In this document: piece by piece, positions 25,338-39,792 of the stretch
How the letters are laid out: every line of letters starts with the position of its first letter
Numbering within the stretch: the stretch's first letter is position 1
DNA from: Octopus vulgaris
Lineage: Eukaryota
DNA length: 64,000 nt
Reading direction: 5' to 3'
NCBI GenBank assembly: GCA_951406725.2
Contig: OX597830.1
Span: forward strand, 43,462,001-43,526,000
Program-made: the position numbers and the translations under genes
Notes under the pieces: model-generated
What the model saw: the letters and a program-made list of their open reading frames with translations, nothing else
Databases searched by the model: none
Told to the model about the DNA's origin: nothing

Positions 25338-27144
25338 GTATTGTTATTTATATTTTGTTTATATATTTTTTGGTGAAAACCTTCCTAATGCTGGTGCCAC
25401 AATAACGTACTGTGAACTGGTTGGAGATGGAAGGGGTGGACCAGCCACACAGCCATAATCAAAGCAAGAGAAAAGACATGCACAGCAAAGCAGGCTGTGG
25501 TGCCTCTCAGTTGTTTTATGGGTGCAAGACAATGGCTTCAATGGAATCAGGCAACTGGGTATAGCTGTTTGGATGCTGGTGATTTGACATTGCCAACTGT
25601 GAGGTTATAGGAAATTCTACCATAAACATTTTTGCTGTAGAAAAATTTGCCTTGAGACCAAGTATCTCATCTAAACAATGGTAAAACATATTATATCAGC
25701 ATTATTTACATTGGATGGGAGCAAAGTGGCTGAGGTCCTCTCGAGTGTTGGGCCTCACGGAGGCGAGGTGGCTGAGTTCCTCTTGAGCATTGGGCCTCAT
25801 GGAGGCAAAGTGGCCAAGTTCCTTTCAAGTGTAAGGCCTCATGGAGGCAATGACCAAGACCTTTGGCATTATGTTGTGCTTGAGAAGAAGACCCATCAAA
25901 CCAAGCAAAATTGCAGTCATAGCAGATACTGGTGTCACACAAATGGCACCCGTGCTGGGAGCACATAAAACATAAAGACACCTATTATACTCAGTGGTTG
26001 GTGTTAGGAAGGGTATCCAGCTGTAGAGAACCATGCCAAATCAGACTGGATCCTGCCACAGCCTTCCAGCTTGCCAGCCCAGTCAAACTGTCCAACCCAT
26101 CCAGCTTGGACAACGGAATTAAGTGACGATGACAGATAGGTGTCCTCACTTTGTCTGTTGTTACCACATCATTTCGGCTGATGTACTCTCCAGCCTTCAT
26201 CAGGTGTGTCCGAGTGGAATTTTGAACTATTGTTAGATCCAGTTCTACACGAAGTCTTGAATAGCCAGATTTTTTTAATTCATTGGTAATATTCAAGTAA
26301 ATCTTGATTGTGTTTTTGAATTGCACTTTCACATCAATTGCTGAATATTCCTGCTACAGATATATAGATAACTCCATGATATTGTTCCTTCAGGTATGTC
26401 TAACTTGTCTCCTATTGAAGATTTAAAACCCTTTATGTTTGACATGATGTCATGTTCACACGACAGATATAACAACAAATTTCTCAAATGTTTAAAGGTA
26501 CGAGATGAGACTTTGTTAATAACATCAGAATTTCTTAACCTTAGAAATGAAATATTCTTAAAACATTTGCAATGTGTTTCAGTTGATTTGATCTCCAATC
26601 TTCATCCAGTGTCTCATTGATCCCTTCTCTACCATTTATACTCCCCGTCCACTATTACCTAAGCGTAGGTCCTGATGTAGCTCCAACACCATCTGTTTCT
26701 CTTTCCCTCTCTTTCTATGTCTCCATCCTCTCCAGTCGTTTCCTGCTAGAGTAGCCAAATATCTCCTCTATAGTAAGACACCTATTTCTATCTCTCTATT
26801 ATAATCTAATCTTCTGGTAGACGTTGAACCTTAATCTGCTGTCCAGTCATTCTGCTCTGATATCTAACCCTTCTCATACCAACCCACCCAAGGCTAACCC
26901 TGGTTCTTCATTCTTCTTTGATGGGATCTAAATGAAAACTTTCCATCAAAACTTCATGTTAATTTATGTTCCAAACACCAGGTTAATAACAACATATTTA
27001 TTTTAATAAATTCTTCATTATTTCGAAAGTAATTGAAACAAAGTCAGTGTATTTCATCAGAAATGTGGTAAGAAAAAGGGTCAAGAAATTAAGGCTTTCT
27101 ACAAATGGCAGTTTTCAGTCTTTCCTTTATTTCTTCCTTGGCAG

Positions 27145-27251
27145 GAGATTCCTACAAACACATTTACATGACAATGTATGCAGAGGAAGAAATAGATTTC
27201 GGTGGCACTGACCCATCCAGGCTTGACACCTATGTTTTCTCCAGTGTTAAG
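27145..27251 (+). CDS. PIGN: PIGN coding exon 4
   Basis: 107 nt; DSYKHIYMTMYAEEEIDFGGTDPSRLDTYVFSSVK; donor GTAAG. Confidence 0.93.
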
Positions 27252-28981
27252 GTAAGCATAATGACTGGCTTTATTTAGAAAGACAACCTTTAATTAAAAT
27301 GTGCTTCAGAACAAAGAAACTGTTACTTTTCATCTTTTTATCTTTTTTTTTTTTGCTTTTCTGTCATTGAACTATGGCCATTCTGGGGCTTGAAAAATCT
27401 TAGTTGAATGATTCAACCCCTGTATTTATTTTTTTAAAATTAGATACTGATTCTATCAAACCATTTTTGCTGAACTGCTAAGTTATGGGGATGTAAACAA
27501 ACCAACACCAGTTGTTGAGTGATGGTGGGGGACAAACACAAACAATAAGACCAAACATACATAAATGTAAAAAATAAAAAATGAAGGATAACTCCTTCCC
27601 AAGTCATAAAGAATCATAAGGTTGCTTTCCTGATTTCTGTGACATACACATCTCCCCCCCCCCGATGGGATGCCAGTCCTTCGCAGGGTTACTCATATTT
27701 CCCTGCATCAGGAATTGAAACCACAATCTTATGATCCTGAATCCAACACCCTAACTACTAAGCCATATACTTCCACACATAGTTATGTACATACATATGT
27801 GTGTGTGTGTGAGAGAGAGAGAGGCATCTTTTAGTTTCTGTCTACCAAATCCACTCGTAAGGATTTGTTCAGCCTCGAACTATAGTAGAAGACATTTTCC
27901 CAAATGCCACACTGTGGAACTGAACCCAGAACTATATGATTGGGAAGCAAACCTGTTACCACACAACCATGCATATACCTCTTAAACAAACTCTGACACC
28001 CTCACTATGTGTTGGTGAGGAAAAGTCTTCCATCACAGAGAAGAAAAACGGCAGAGCAAAAATACATTTGGCTGTTGGTGTTATATGTCCTGAATTTAAC
28101 TCTAAATAAGCATGTGTGTGTGTGTAAACAAAAGCATTCCAACTGTGACCATGTTTTTTTGTTGTTGTTCTTGTTCCCAGACATAATGTCTCTGGAACAT
28201 CTTACTTCAAAGTTGTGAATCAGAGCAAAACTGATGTAAACAACTTATTATTACTTGATTAGGATCCTCACCGGGTTTCTTTTTCATGGTGAAATCAGGT
28301 AGAGTGAATCTGGGTATGTGTCAATGGCCTCGTGCAGAGGTTCTCAACTAGGGTCTATAAGACCCTTGGGAAGTACCTGTAACCCTTGAGGGAGATTGCT
28401 CTTTTGTAGGAACCCTATCTATACATGTATATGTGGTTATTAGTGGAAGGTGCAAACACCTTCAAAATAAAAAAAAATTGCAAAAAGCTAATGAATCAGT
28501 GCTTTCTAATGAGTTCCACTGCTTTTGTTGTGCAGATGCTTTCCCCTCTCTCTCTCTCTCTCTCTAAATGCATTGAACCAATGCTGGGCCAACTGGAAAC
28601 TTGTTATAAAAAAAACTATTCTTTCTACAATCTATCGTCATTAACAACAACATTTAACATCTGCTTTCCATGCTGGCATGGGTTGTATTATTTGACAGGA
28701 GCTGCACCAGGCTCCAGTTGTCTGTTTAAGCATGGTTTCTACAGCTGGACACTGTCCTTAACACCAACCACTTCACAGAGTGTAACTGGGTGCTTTTACA
28801 TGGTACCATTGCTTTGTACATGGCCCCAGCATGGGTGCTTTTTTACACAGCACCATCAAAAGATTGCCTCTTATGTGATAGCATCATTGGTGTTTTCTAC
28901 TTGGCACTAGTATGGTTGGTTGTTTTGTTTGCATACTACCAACAGTATAAAATCTAATTGCTTCATTTTTCACTTTTCTAG

Positions 28982-29106
28982 AATTTCTTTCATCAAGCCA
29001 AGCAAGATCCAGACCTTATGAAGAAGTTGATGAGTGATAAAATCGTTTTCTTCTTACATTTGTTGGGTATTGACACAAATGGACATTCTCATCATCCACA
29101 TTCTAA
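28982..29106 (+). CDS. PIGN: PIGN coding exon 5
   Basis: 125 nt; NFFHQAKQDPDLMKKLMSDKIVFFLHLLGIDTNGHSHHPHS(K), with the metal-binding HLLGxDxxGH motif. Confidence 0.96.
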
Positions 29107-32100
29107 GTAAGTAAATCTGTGCTTTCATCAAATTTCTACGCAATCTTAGGCCTGCCACTCATTTTTGTGTCTTGTGGAAGGCACTGTACTGATTGCCTTT
29201 GCAGGTTCTCTGAAACTGGTGAAATTCTATTTATTTTGGAATCACCTTCAGATGATCTCCAATGTTCTCCTTCCTTACAATCTGTAAAATGGAGACCATA
29301 TGTTTACCAGCATGAACGTCAAACTTCAATAAGTAGTTAGGCATTTAATGGTTTTAGTAAATTTATGCAGAAAAAGTAAACATTATACTGTCCAGCATAA
29401 ATAAAAGTCAGCTTCATTATATTTAAGCCATTATTTTTTCTGTAAATACCTATTGTCACATTAAATGAATCAACTTCCAGTACAAATGTCTACGTTTTGT
29501 ACATCTTTTTCCAACAACGATCTACTCACATAATTTACACACCCACTAAAGTTTATTTTTACAAAAAAGAGGGCATAAATTACATGGGTTTCTATGGTGT
29601 ATGTATATACATATACATACACACACACAGATGCGTGTGTGTATCTGTTTTGTCTCCACTACCACTTGACAATGGGTGTTGGTGTGTTTACATCCCCATA
29701 ATCTAGCAGTTTGGCAGAAGAGACTAATAGAATATGTACCAGGCTTAGAAACAAAAAGGACTGGGATCGATTCATTTGACTATAATTTCTTCAAAGCATT
29801 GCCCCAACATGGCCACAGCCTAATGACCAAAATACTTCTCCACTCATAGTTCTTCACATTACAATATAATAATAATAATTACAGAATATTTAGTTTTACA
29901 TTTCTCTGCATGATAAAAGAAACCCAGCATTTCAGAGAAATGTGAAAAAGGTAGCTGAGTAAGTTTTGAATAAAACCGAAACTTAGTAATCTCCAACTCA
30001 AAATCTAACAAAAAAAGATGTCATTACTTGTCTTTACGACATAGAATCATTCCAGTTGAGAGGTGACCTTGTTGTTCTTTTTTGGCCTGATACAGTAATT
30101 AGGTGTAATTAAGTTAATGATTTGGAATGTCCTCCTCACTGTCTACTTTTTCCCCCAAGTTATTTTATCATCAGCTTTTTTTTTTTTGTATTAAGTTGCT
30201 GGCATGGCTGTGTGGTTAAGAAGTCTGCTTCCCAACCACATGGTTTTGGGGTTCAGTCCCACAGTACATCACCTTAGAAGAGTGTTTTCCTATAGCTTGA
30301 GGTTGACCAATGTTTTGTGAGTGAATTTGGTACGGGGAAACTGAATGAAGCCCGTCATTTAAGTATGTGTAAATGTGTATGTTACTGTTCACCATCATAA
30401 AACATCATTGTCATACATGCAGTGTCTTTTGTTTCCAATCCTTCCATGAAAAATGCCCAGTTATCGAGAAATATCACCTTACTTTGGAACAGGTGAGAGT
30501 TGGTGATAGGAAAGGCATCTAGCTGTAGAGCATCTGTTTCAACAAATGCTAACAGCCCATGCAAGTGGACATTAAAATAATGATGACAGTTGTATCTTCT
30601 TAAGAGATATGGGATGTCCAAAGGTTTGCAGTTTTCATCAAAGTTGTCTTGAATATGGAACTCAGGAGCTCCAAATAAATGACTTTTTGGGACTGTATTA
30701 TACCTCTTTGATGCAAATTGAATTGATGGAATGCAGTGGAAAAAGAATTCTTCAATCACTTTTCATCTAAAGGAGTTAGATGAAAATGGAGCTAGATGTT
30801 TATCAAAGGAATCCCAAGCAGGAGGTAATTTTGTCAGTGTCAGTGAATTAAGAATGTCTAAAATGAAGTATTGTTCTATGAGATATTTAAAAATCTAGAA
30901 GGCAGACATCTGACATTGATTAGAGCCAATGGCAGTTCTTAACCACATTGTTTTAGTATCTTGTTTGTTTGCATGAGATGTAACCGAGTAGTTTTCCTCA
31001 TGACTCCATTGTAACACACATTTTGCCCATTTGATGATGGATTATGATAGGGAATCATCTTAGTCTTAAAAATTCCCAAAACTCATTGCTTTCAAATTGA
31101 GTTCCATGGCCATCATCATCATCATTTAATGTCTTTCTTCCTTGCTGGCATGGTTTGGATGATTTGACAGGAGCTGACAAACCAGAGAGCTGCACCAAGC
31201 TCCACTGTCTGTTTTGGTATGGTTTTTACAGCTTGAAGTCCTTCCTGATATCAACCACTCTGCAGAATGGTCACTACATACAAAGCCTAGGGCACCAAAC
31301 AAACAAAGTAATGAAGAATTGGTTAATAAATTGGGAAGTTGCTTTTCTGAAGAGGAACATGAAAGGGTAACTCATAACTGTTGCATGTTTTAGATATTGG
31401 TTTTGCTTCTGCAATATCAAGTGACAGTTGCTGTCAGATTCCTTAATAGTATAAGTTGGTCATTTGTTAATTTGTTGAAATGAGGTTTTGACCTAGGATA
31501 CATATCACATGACCTAATTTCATCTGTAATATACTTAGATTATTATAATTGAATATTTTCACTTATGCAGTTTATCTATCTAAACTGCTGTGTCCCATTT
31601 TTTCATGAATTTTCCCTGTTTCATCTCTCTGTTCATCATTCAACATTGACTCAATATCTTCAATTGCAGAAATTCCACATAAAGAATCTGCAGCCAAGTT
31701 CTCTCTTTTGCCATACATTATTGCATTTTATATGAAAAGCCTAAAAGTTAGTCTCCTACAACACAGTCATTTCTTTTCATGGTAGATTTGGGTCAACAGT
31801 CATAAAGGAAAGCTGTTGCCTATTGACCTGTAATAAGTTTGAATTTATTGTTGTTAAAGACATGATACTGCACTTCTTAAATTGGTTTTACTGTTGTAAT
31901 GGCTTCTACCTCTACATAAAACTATTTATTTTCATATATTAAATTCAACTTATGTTGAAAGTCAACAAGCAAAGTTTGATTTAGAAGCATTGAGATGTAT
32001 TGAAAGATACAAATAAGGAAATCATTTTATTCTCAAACGCAGGATAATGCTAATAATATAGCATGAACAGGATAAACTATCCCAATTTTTAGCAGAAAAA

Positions 32101-35100
32101 TCTGTCGGCGGCCAGCCATGAGACTAGAACTCACATCCCTATGATTGCGTGTCCAGTGCTTTACCATTAAGCTAAACTGCCCCAATGACAAATTCTTCCA
32201 CAAATTTAGGATATATATATCTAGCTTTATAAAACGCTATTGTATGTTAAATTCAGTTTATATTGAAAGTCAAGAAACAAAGTTTGCTTTACTAGCATTG
32301 AGATGTTTTGAAAGATAAGGAAATAATTTTGTCAGTGGCCAGCCATGAGACTGGCTGCTGACAGATTTTTCTGCAAAATATGGATAGTTTATCCTGTTCA
32401 TGCTATATTATTAGCATTAACCTGCATTTGAGACTAAAATTATTTCCTTACCTATTTATTTTAGGTTTTATTTCATTATTCAGTCTATTTGAATAAAAAC
32501 ACATTGGCCTCCTATTTTGCATTTTAGACAATAATGGAACTGCCATTTCAGCAGAACTTCTCATCTGTTTTGAATAATGTTGAATTAATTCCTTGAAGTG
32601 TTTGAGTTCTGTGGAATTTCCAAGCACAGGAAACCCAAATGGAAGCTGTAATTTGTCAGGGTTCAGTAGCATTTTACTTTCTATAAGAATGATTGGTCAA
32701 AATATTGTGATCTGGCAGTTGCACCTGTAGCAGACGATTCTCATCTGCCAACACTATAAATATGAGTGCTTTTATGCACCATGCATCCTTATGAGAGGTC
32801 CTCATCAAGGTGAATACCACAGCATTTGGCATGTTAACAAAACATCCACATTAAGGTGGATATATATATATATACACCATTCAAATGTGGCTGATGCCAG
32901 CACCGCCACCATCTGAATGTGGTCGATGCCAGCGCAGCCTTGGCTGGCTTCCATACCAGTGGCACATAAAAAACACTCATTGCCAGCCTCCTCTGGCCCC
33001 TGTGCCAGTAGCATGTAAAAAGCACCTACTACACTCTTGGAGTGCCAGTTGTGTGACACCGTTATCTGCCATGACTACAATTTCACTTGGCTTCATGAGT
33101 CTTCTCAAGCACAGCATATTGCTAAAGGTCTTAGTCATATGTCACTGCCTCCATGAGACCCAACGCTCAAAAGGTCATGTGTGGTGTGTATATATCATCA
33201 TTATCGTTTAACATCCGTTTTCCATGCTGGCGTAGGTTGGATGGTTCGACTGGGGTCTGGGAAGCCAGGTTGGTGACAGGAAGGGCATTATTAGTTTCTG
33301 GAGTGTGATAATTGGAATAGTCTAGAAGTTGTTAGTGAAGTCATTTCATTTACATTTTAAGGTTTTGAAGCAGACAATGGACTCTCTCATATTAAAATAA
33401 ATTGCAAGATCTTTTGCTAAATGTCAATACTAATGTGCACCAAATCCTTCCAATACTATACGTGAACACAAACCATTTCCAACAGAGCTGGCAAAATCGT
33501 AAGAATGCTGGGCAAAATGCTTAGCAGCTTCTGTCTGTCATTATATTCTGAGGTTGACTTTGCCCTTTATCCTTTCAAGGTCGAAAGTACTGAGGTCAGT
33601 ATAACTGACTTACCCCTTTCTGCAAAATTGCTGGCCTTGTACCAAAATTTGAAACCAGTATTATTATTATTATGATGATGATGATGAAGACTGCGAGCTA
33701 ACAGAATTGTTAGCATGCCAGGGAAAATGCTTAGCAGCATTTCGTCTGTCCTTATGTTCTGAGTTCAAATTCTGCCGAGATCAACTTTGCTTTTAATCTT
33801 TCTGGGACCAATAAAATAAGTGCCAGTTGAGCACTGGGGTGGATGTAATCAACTTACCCCCTCCCCAAAAATTGCTGGCCTTGTGCCATAATTTGAAACC
33901 ATCATTAACATTAAAAGATAATTATAACATCTCCAGTGCTGCAAAGTGCTACAATCGCTGATGCGTGTATAAAAGTTATTGTGCACCACAAAAAAAAAAA
34001 GCAAGCAGGTCTTGATTTGGTAGTAAATAGATTAAACCTGTTCTGCACTAATTCAGTAATTTTCACAAAAATGCCAGAGTATTCATGACTGGTAGTAAAT
34101 AGGTTAAACAAATTTTGTTGTAATTCATTTATTTTTGAAGAGGCAATTAGTGTCTGTTAAAAATTCTTTGCCTCTTAAAAATCCCTTTCATGTCCTCGTC
34201 ATTTGTATATTGTTTTGGTTATCTTGAAACAGATAAAGTTTGCTTTACCTCTTCTTAAAATTAAAGAAACTTTTTACTTTTCTTTAGTAACATGTTTTAA
34301 AAATGTTACTAGTAAGTTAGAAATTTTCATTGTACAATAGCCATTGTTGTTTTACTGCAACCAAACAAGCAGACCTCTTTTCAAAAATGTTCTGGCTACA
34401 ATCCTCTTGTCCATCTCTCAAGCATCACACATCTAGAAACACATTAGCCAATGTGTCCCACTCTTATTAAGATGGCTGGGTATAATTTGAGTGAGTTTTG
34501 GCTGCTAATTCTTGCAAATCAAGTAACCAAGTGGAGGTTCCTTCATTTACTTGACTCTCAACCCCATAAATACCAGGGCCCTACATCATCATCATCGTTT
34601 AATGTCTACTTTCCATGCTGGCACGGGTTGGACGGCTTGACTGAGGACTGGCAAGCCAGGAGGCTGCACTAGGCTGTAATCTGATCTGGCAAGGTTTCTA
34701 CAGCTTGATGCTCTTCGTAACACCAAAAAATGTTAGTGAAATTTTGTGTTCTTGCCCCCCATTACCATCCTCCCAGCGCCACTCTATTAATGAGAAAACA
34801 AAATAGATTTTGTTATATTTGAGGACAGTCATTTTGCCAACAAGTACATACATACACACACTATTTGATCTTCACTTTAGTTTTATTGTTATTATTATTA
34901 GTTAATTTATCAGTCCTTTCCTCACACATTCTGTGACCTCTTCAGTGACAACCTGTTCTTCTCTCTGTCTCCTCTCCTCTCTAGTCTTGTCCCGTCTCGT
35001 ATTCCATCATGAATTGTCTTTCTGTGGAATGTATCCTTCTTTGCACATGCATTTCTGTCTGCATCTATGTGCACATTTGTGTATTTGGAATGTGTATGTC

Positions 35101-36053
35101 TTGTCTGCGTGTGTGTATATGTATATGTGGGTTTCTATATTACTCTGTTTGTGCTCATGCCTTTTTCATTTTCCTATGTGATGTTGGACAATTATATAAA
35201 GTTTAATAAGCCATCTTCATTTTATTAAATTTTATAATTTGTCTGCCCCCCCCTTTTCAATCTTCATATCCCTCTCCCCATCCTGAAGATGGTGGGGGTC
35301 TCCTTGTCATCTATGAGAAACATTATTAAGCAGCTGAAATGTCTGGCAAACAGAGCTAACAAACCAGTATTTCTAGTAATTTGCAGCAGGTCAAACAGAC
35401 CTGAAGAAGCAGCAACCTCATTGGTTCATTCTTTGTGCAGTAACTGGTAGAAGATTGGATAAAATACCTTGCAGTATTTGTGCGAGTTTTCTCTTGTTCT
35501 GAGTTCAATATCTCCCAAGGTAAACTTTACCTTTCATTCTTCCAGCCCAGTACTGAGGTGTGGCGGAGGGTCCATTCTTCTCTTTCTGGAAGACGCTGGC
35601 CATGAGGTCAGATCTGCATAGAAAAAGGGCTTCATCAGATTTTAAATGCAAGACACACCACCATATTTTACAATGGTTTGCCCAAACCAACACAAGCCAT
35701 GCTTGCATAGATTAATGAGAATTTTGAAGTTTAGTTGAGATTTTATAATTTCATTCCCTCATTCATTTCATGTTCATTTTTCCATGCTAAAAAGGGTTAA
35801 ATAGGGAATTGAGGCAAAATTTTTAAGGCCTGGTGCTCTCCTTGTCACCAACCTGTATTTTTATTTATTTTTGTGTATGTGTTTCAGCTACTGAAAGCAC
35901 AGATCAACAGGGAATGCCAACATTATTACCATGTTGCTTAGTAGCAAATGTGGAATATTGGCATTCATGAACACACACATACACTCAAACATACACAGAT
36001 ATATATATATACACAGACATGCACACACACATGCACTCACATATATACAGACA

Positions 36054-36091
<38 letters not shown>

Positions 36092-36377
36092 CACTCACAC
36101 ACATGATGGACTTCCTGCAATTTCTGTCTACCAGATTCACTCACCAAGCATTGATCAGCCTGGGACTAATAGTAGGAGACCCTTCCTCAAGGTGTTGCAT
36201 AGTGGAACTGAGCCCAAAATCTCATGGTTGCAAAATAAAACAATAAAATCAATTATGATTTTCTCTCTCTCTCCCTCCCCAATAAAAGACAAAATGAAAT
36301 TCAAAGAATACTTTTTATGTGTATTTTTCTTTTAGATTTCCGTTCTTAATTGTAAACCAATTTGAATTATTTTGCAG

Positions 36378-36508
36378 AGAATACATAGAAAATATCCAAA
36401 TTGTTGATGAAGGAATCAAAGAAATGGTTCATGTTATTGATAACTTTTATAACAAAGATGGCAAAACAGCCTATATTCTCACTTCGGATCACGGTATGAC
36501 TAACTGGG
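36378..36508 (+). CDS. PIGN: PIGN coding exon 6
   Basis: 131 nt; EYIENIQIVDEGIKEMVHVIDNFYNKDGKTAYILTSDHGMTNWG (SDHGM motif). Confidence 0.96.
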
Positions 36509-37172
36509 GTAGGAAACAGTTTTATATAATTTTATTCTTTTATTTATATGTATATATATATATATTTGTGGCTGTGTGGTAAGAAGTTTGCTTCCCAACC
36601 ATAAGGTTCCAGGTTCAGTCACACTACATGGCACCTTGGGTGAGTCTCTTCTACTATTGCGTCAGGCCAACCAAATTGTTGTGAGTAGATTTAGAAGATG
36701 AAAACTGAAGGAATCCTGTCATACTCACGCTCACACACATATGTATGTATGTATCTATGCATATATGGCTTTGTGTCAGTCTTTGTCCCACCCACACACA
36801 TGCACACTGCTTGACATCTGGTGTTGGTGTATTTACATCCCTATAACTTAGCAGTTCAGCAAAAGAGCCTGATAGAATAAATACTAGACTTTGAAACAAA
36901 AAATAAGTCCTGGGATCAATTTGCTTAGCTAAAATTCTTCAAGGCGGTGCTCCAGCATGGCCACAGTCTAATGAGTGAAACAAGTAAAAGATATATTTTA
37001 CACACACACATACATTACTGTTGCATAATCAAAGTTAGCCCTAGTTGTATATACAACTGTGCAAGGTCGACTTTGCCTTTCATCATTTTGGGGGCGAGTC
37101 AAGCACTGGGGGTTGATGTTATCAACTAGTCCCCCTCCCTAAATTTCAAGCCTTATGCCTATTGTAGAAAGG

Positions 37173-37204
<32 letters not shown>

Positions 37205-37498
37205 GGCAGTGAGCTGGTTGAATTGTTAGCATGTTAGGCAAAATGCTTAGCAGCATTTCATCCTTCTTCACATTCTGAGTTCAAATTCTGCTGAGGTTGA
37301 TTTGTCTTTCATTCTTTTATAATAAAAATACCAATTGAACACAGGTCAATTCAATCGACTCCCCCCTCCCTCCAAATCATTGGTCTTGTACCAAAATTTA
37401 AAATCGTTATTATAATGTTCAATCTCAGAAGTTGATTTTAAACTATTTTTTATTGTTAATTTGTTTACCTTTTTTTTTTTATTACATTCTCCATACAG

Positions 37499-37618
37499 GT
37501 TCCCATGGAGCTGGTAACCCACATGAGACATTGACTCCATTAGTTGCATGGGGTGCAGGGATTCGTACAGCAATGCCTGCTGGAAAACACTCAGGCTTTA
37601 CTGATAATTTCTCTGAAG
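37499..37618 (+). CDS. PIGN: PIGN coding exon 7
   Basis: 120 nt; SHGAGNPHETLTPLVAWGAGIRTAMPAGKHSGFTDNFSE. Confidence 0.95.
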
Positions 37619-38845
37619 GTATCATTGTTTTGCTATTATATTTCAAAGAATCTCTCTTTGCAATGTTTTTTCAATGTTCCCATTCGAACAAGATTACTAT
37701 TTTCTTGACTATTACCTTCACCTTTAGAATATATATTTACAGTATCTATATTTCGACTTTGGAACCTGTGGAGGGAATAGACCCAAGAAAACTTGGGACA
37801 AAGTGGTAAGAAAGGATCTACAGATGCTTGGACTGGCAGAGAGGATGAGAAGGAAACGAAACTCCTGACAATTTGCTGTGCTTGACAAGACCCATCAAAC
37901 TAAATAAAAGCATACAGGCTTGTCCCCTGCATTCCTAACCTTGCAGGCTCATGGGTGCTGGTGCCATATAAAAAGCACCTGTATCGGTGCCACGTAAATG
38001 CCCCCATGCTTGTGCTGCTTAAAAAACACCCAGCACACTCTGTAATGTGATTGGCATCAAGAAGGGCATCCAACCATAGAAACCATGCTGAAACAGACAT
38101 GAAGTCTGGGGCCAGCTTCTGTCAAACAATCAACTCATGTCAGCCCAGAAAACAGATATTAGATAATGATGATGATGATGTTTCACTCAGTTTAATCCCT
38201 GTACGTTATTAGGTCTCTTGTTCTTGGATTTGAACTTGGAACATTTCTTTATCAATAAAAAAAACCCTTTGTAACGGTTTTAACTTGTGAATTGTTTTAA
38301 CAATTAAATTGTTTTAAATTGTTATTCACCAATGTAGAGACTGCTGGACTTAGACTTACTCCATTATGTACCATAGGGGGGGGGGGTTCTTGGTATTAAT
38401 TTCCTACTTTAATTGTTTAACTTTACTTAAGTTTACTCCGTTAACATAGGTTTGACCTTTGATAATTATGTTAGTACTTTCTTTACATAGAGCTTCTGGA
38501 TAGCTTCTTTCTGTAACACCCTAACCACCCCTCTTAACTGCACCCTCCCATTAATAACTTGTAGTATCTCCTAGTCCTTTTATAGCTCACTCTCTCATCT
38601 GTTCTTTGAGCTCAGTAAGAATCCTTGATTGGACCTAGGTACCTGTCCCCTTATTTATGGTAAATACTTAAATTTGGGATGGGGAGGTTATATTTGTTTT
38701 CCATACTTGATGTAAAGCCTGCATTGTTTTGTAATACATCCTCATTGTACCTCCTGTTCATGGCAATGAAGAAAATCATTTTCATCATCATCATTATTAT
38801 CATTGTTATTATTATTATCATTATTATTATTATTATTACTTTCAG

Positions 38846-38886
38846 ATTGGTTTCTTAGTCATCTTTTAAGAAATGATGTTGAACAG
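38846..38886 (+). CDS. PIGN: PIGN coding exon 8
   Basis: 41 nt; (D)WFLSHLLRNDVEQ; phase 1 to phase 0 fits its neighbours. Confidence 0.9.
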
Positions 38887-39737
38887 GTTGGTATAGTTTT
38901 AGATAATAATAATAATAATAATAATAATCCTTTCTACTAAAGGTACGAGGCCTGAACTTTTGGCAGGAGGGTACTAGTCGATTACATCAACCCCAGAGTT
39001 TCACTCGCACTTAATTTATTGACCCAAAAAGGATGAAAGACAAAGTCAACCTCAGCAGAATTTGAACTCAGAACATAGCGGCAGACGAAATACTGTTAAT
39101 CATTTTGCCCGGAGTGCTAACGATTCTGCCAGCTCACTGCCTTCAGTAATAATGATAATAATAATAATAGTAATAATAATAACAACAACAACACTCTGAG
39201 AGTGCAAACCTCCACCAATGTCCTCTCAACAATTAGCCAGAAATTTTTAAAATGAAAATATCTGAAATAAACTTGATTGCTCTCACAAACGAGAATACTA
39301 AAAATGAACCTGACTGCTCTCAAGAATTAAGTAAAAAAAACAGGAAAAATAATCCAGAATCCGTGTCTGGTACTAGATTGTTCCCGAAATCTAATCAATT
39401 CGTGCCAGTCACAAGGCCAAACATTCTTGAAAGTTTCATCCAAATCCATCCAGCAGTTCTTTTCCACGGACAAACAAACCCAACTGAAAACAATACCTTC
39501 GCTAAGGCAGAGATAATAACAATCTTTTCTACTAAAGGCACAAGGCCTGAAATTTTTGGTGGGAGCAATAAGTCAATTACATCAACCTCAATGTTCAACC
39601 ATTACTTATTTCATGAAACCCTGAATGAATAAAAGATAAGGTTGACCTGGGCAGAATTTGAACTCGGAATATCAAGCCAAAGGAAATGCCATTTAGCATT
39701 ATGTCTGGCATGTTAACAATTCTGCCAGCATACTGCC

Positions 39738-39792
<55 letters not shown>

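Noticed and set aside
35281-35430. Further CTGAAGA motifs as hammerheads
   Set aside because: I could not identify convincing stem II, GAAA and UH geometry.
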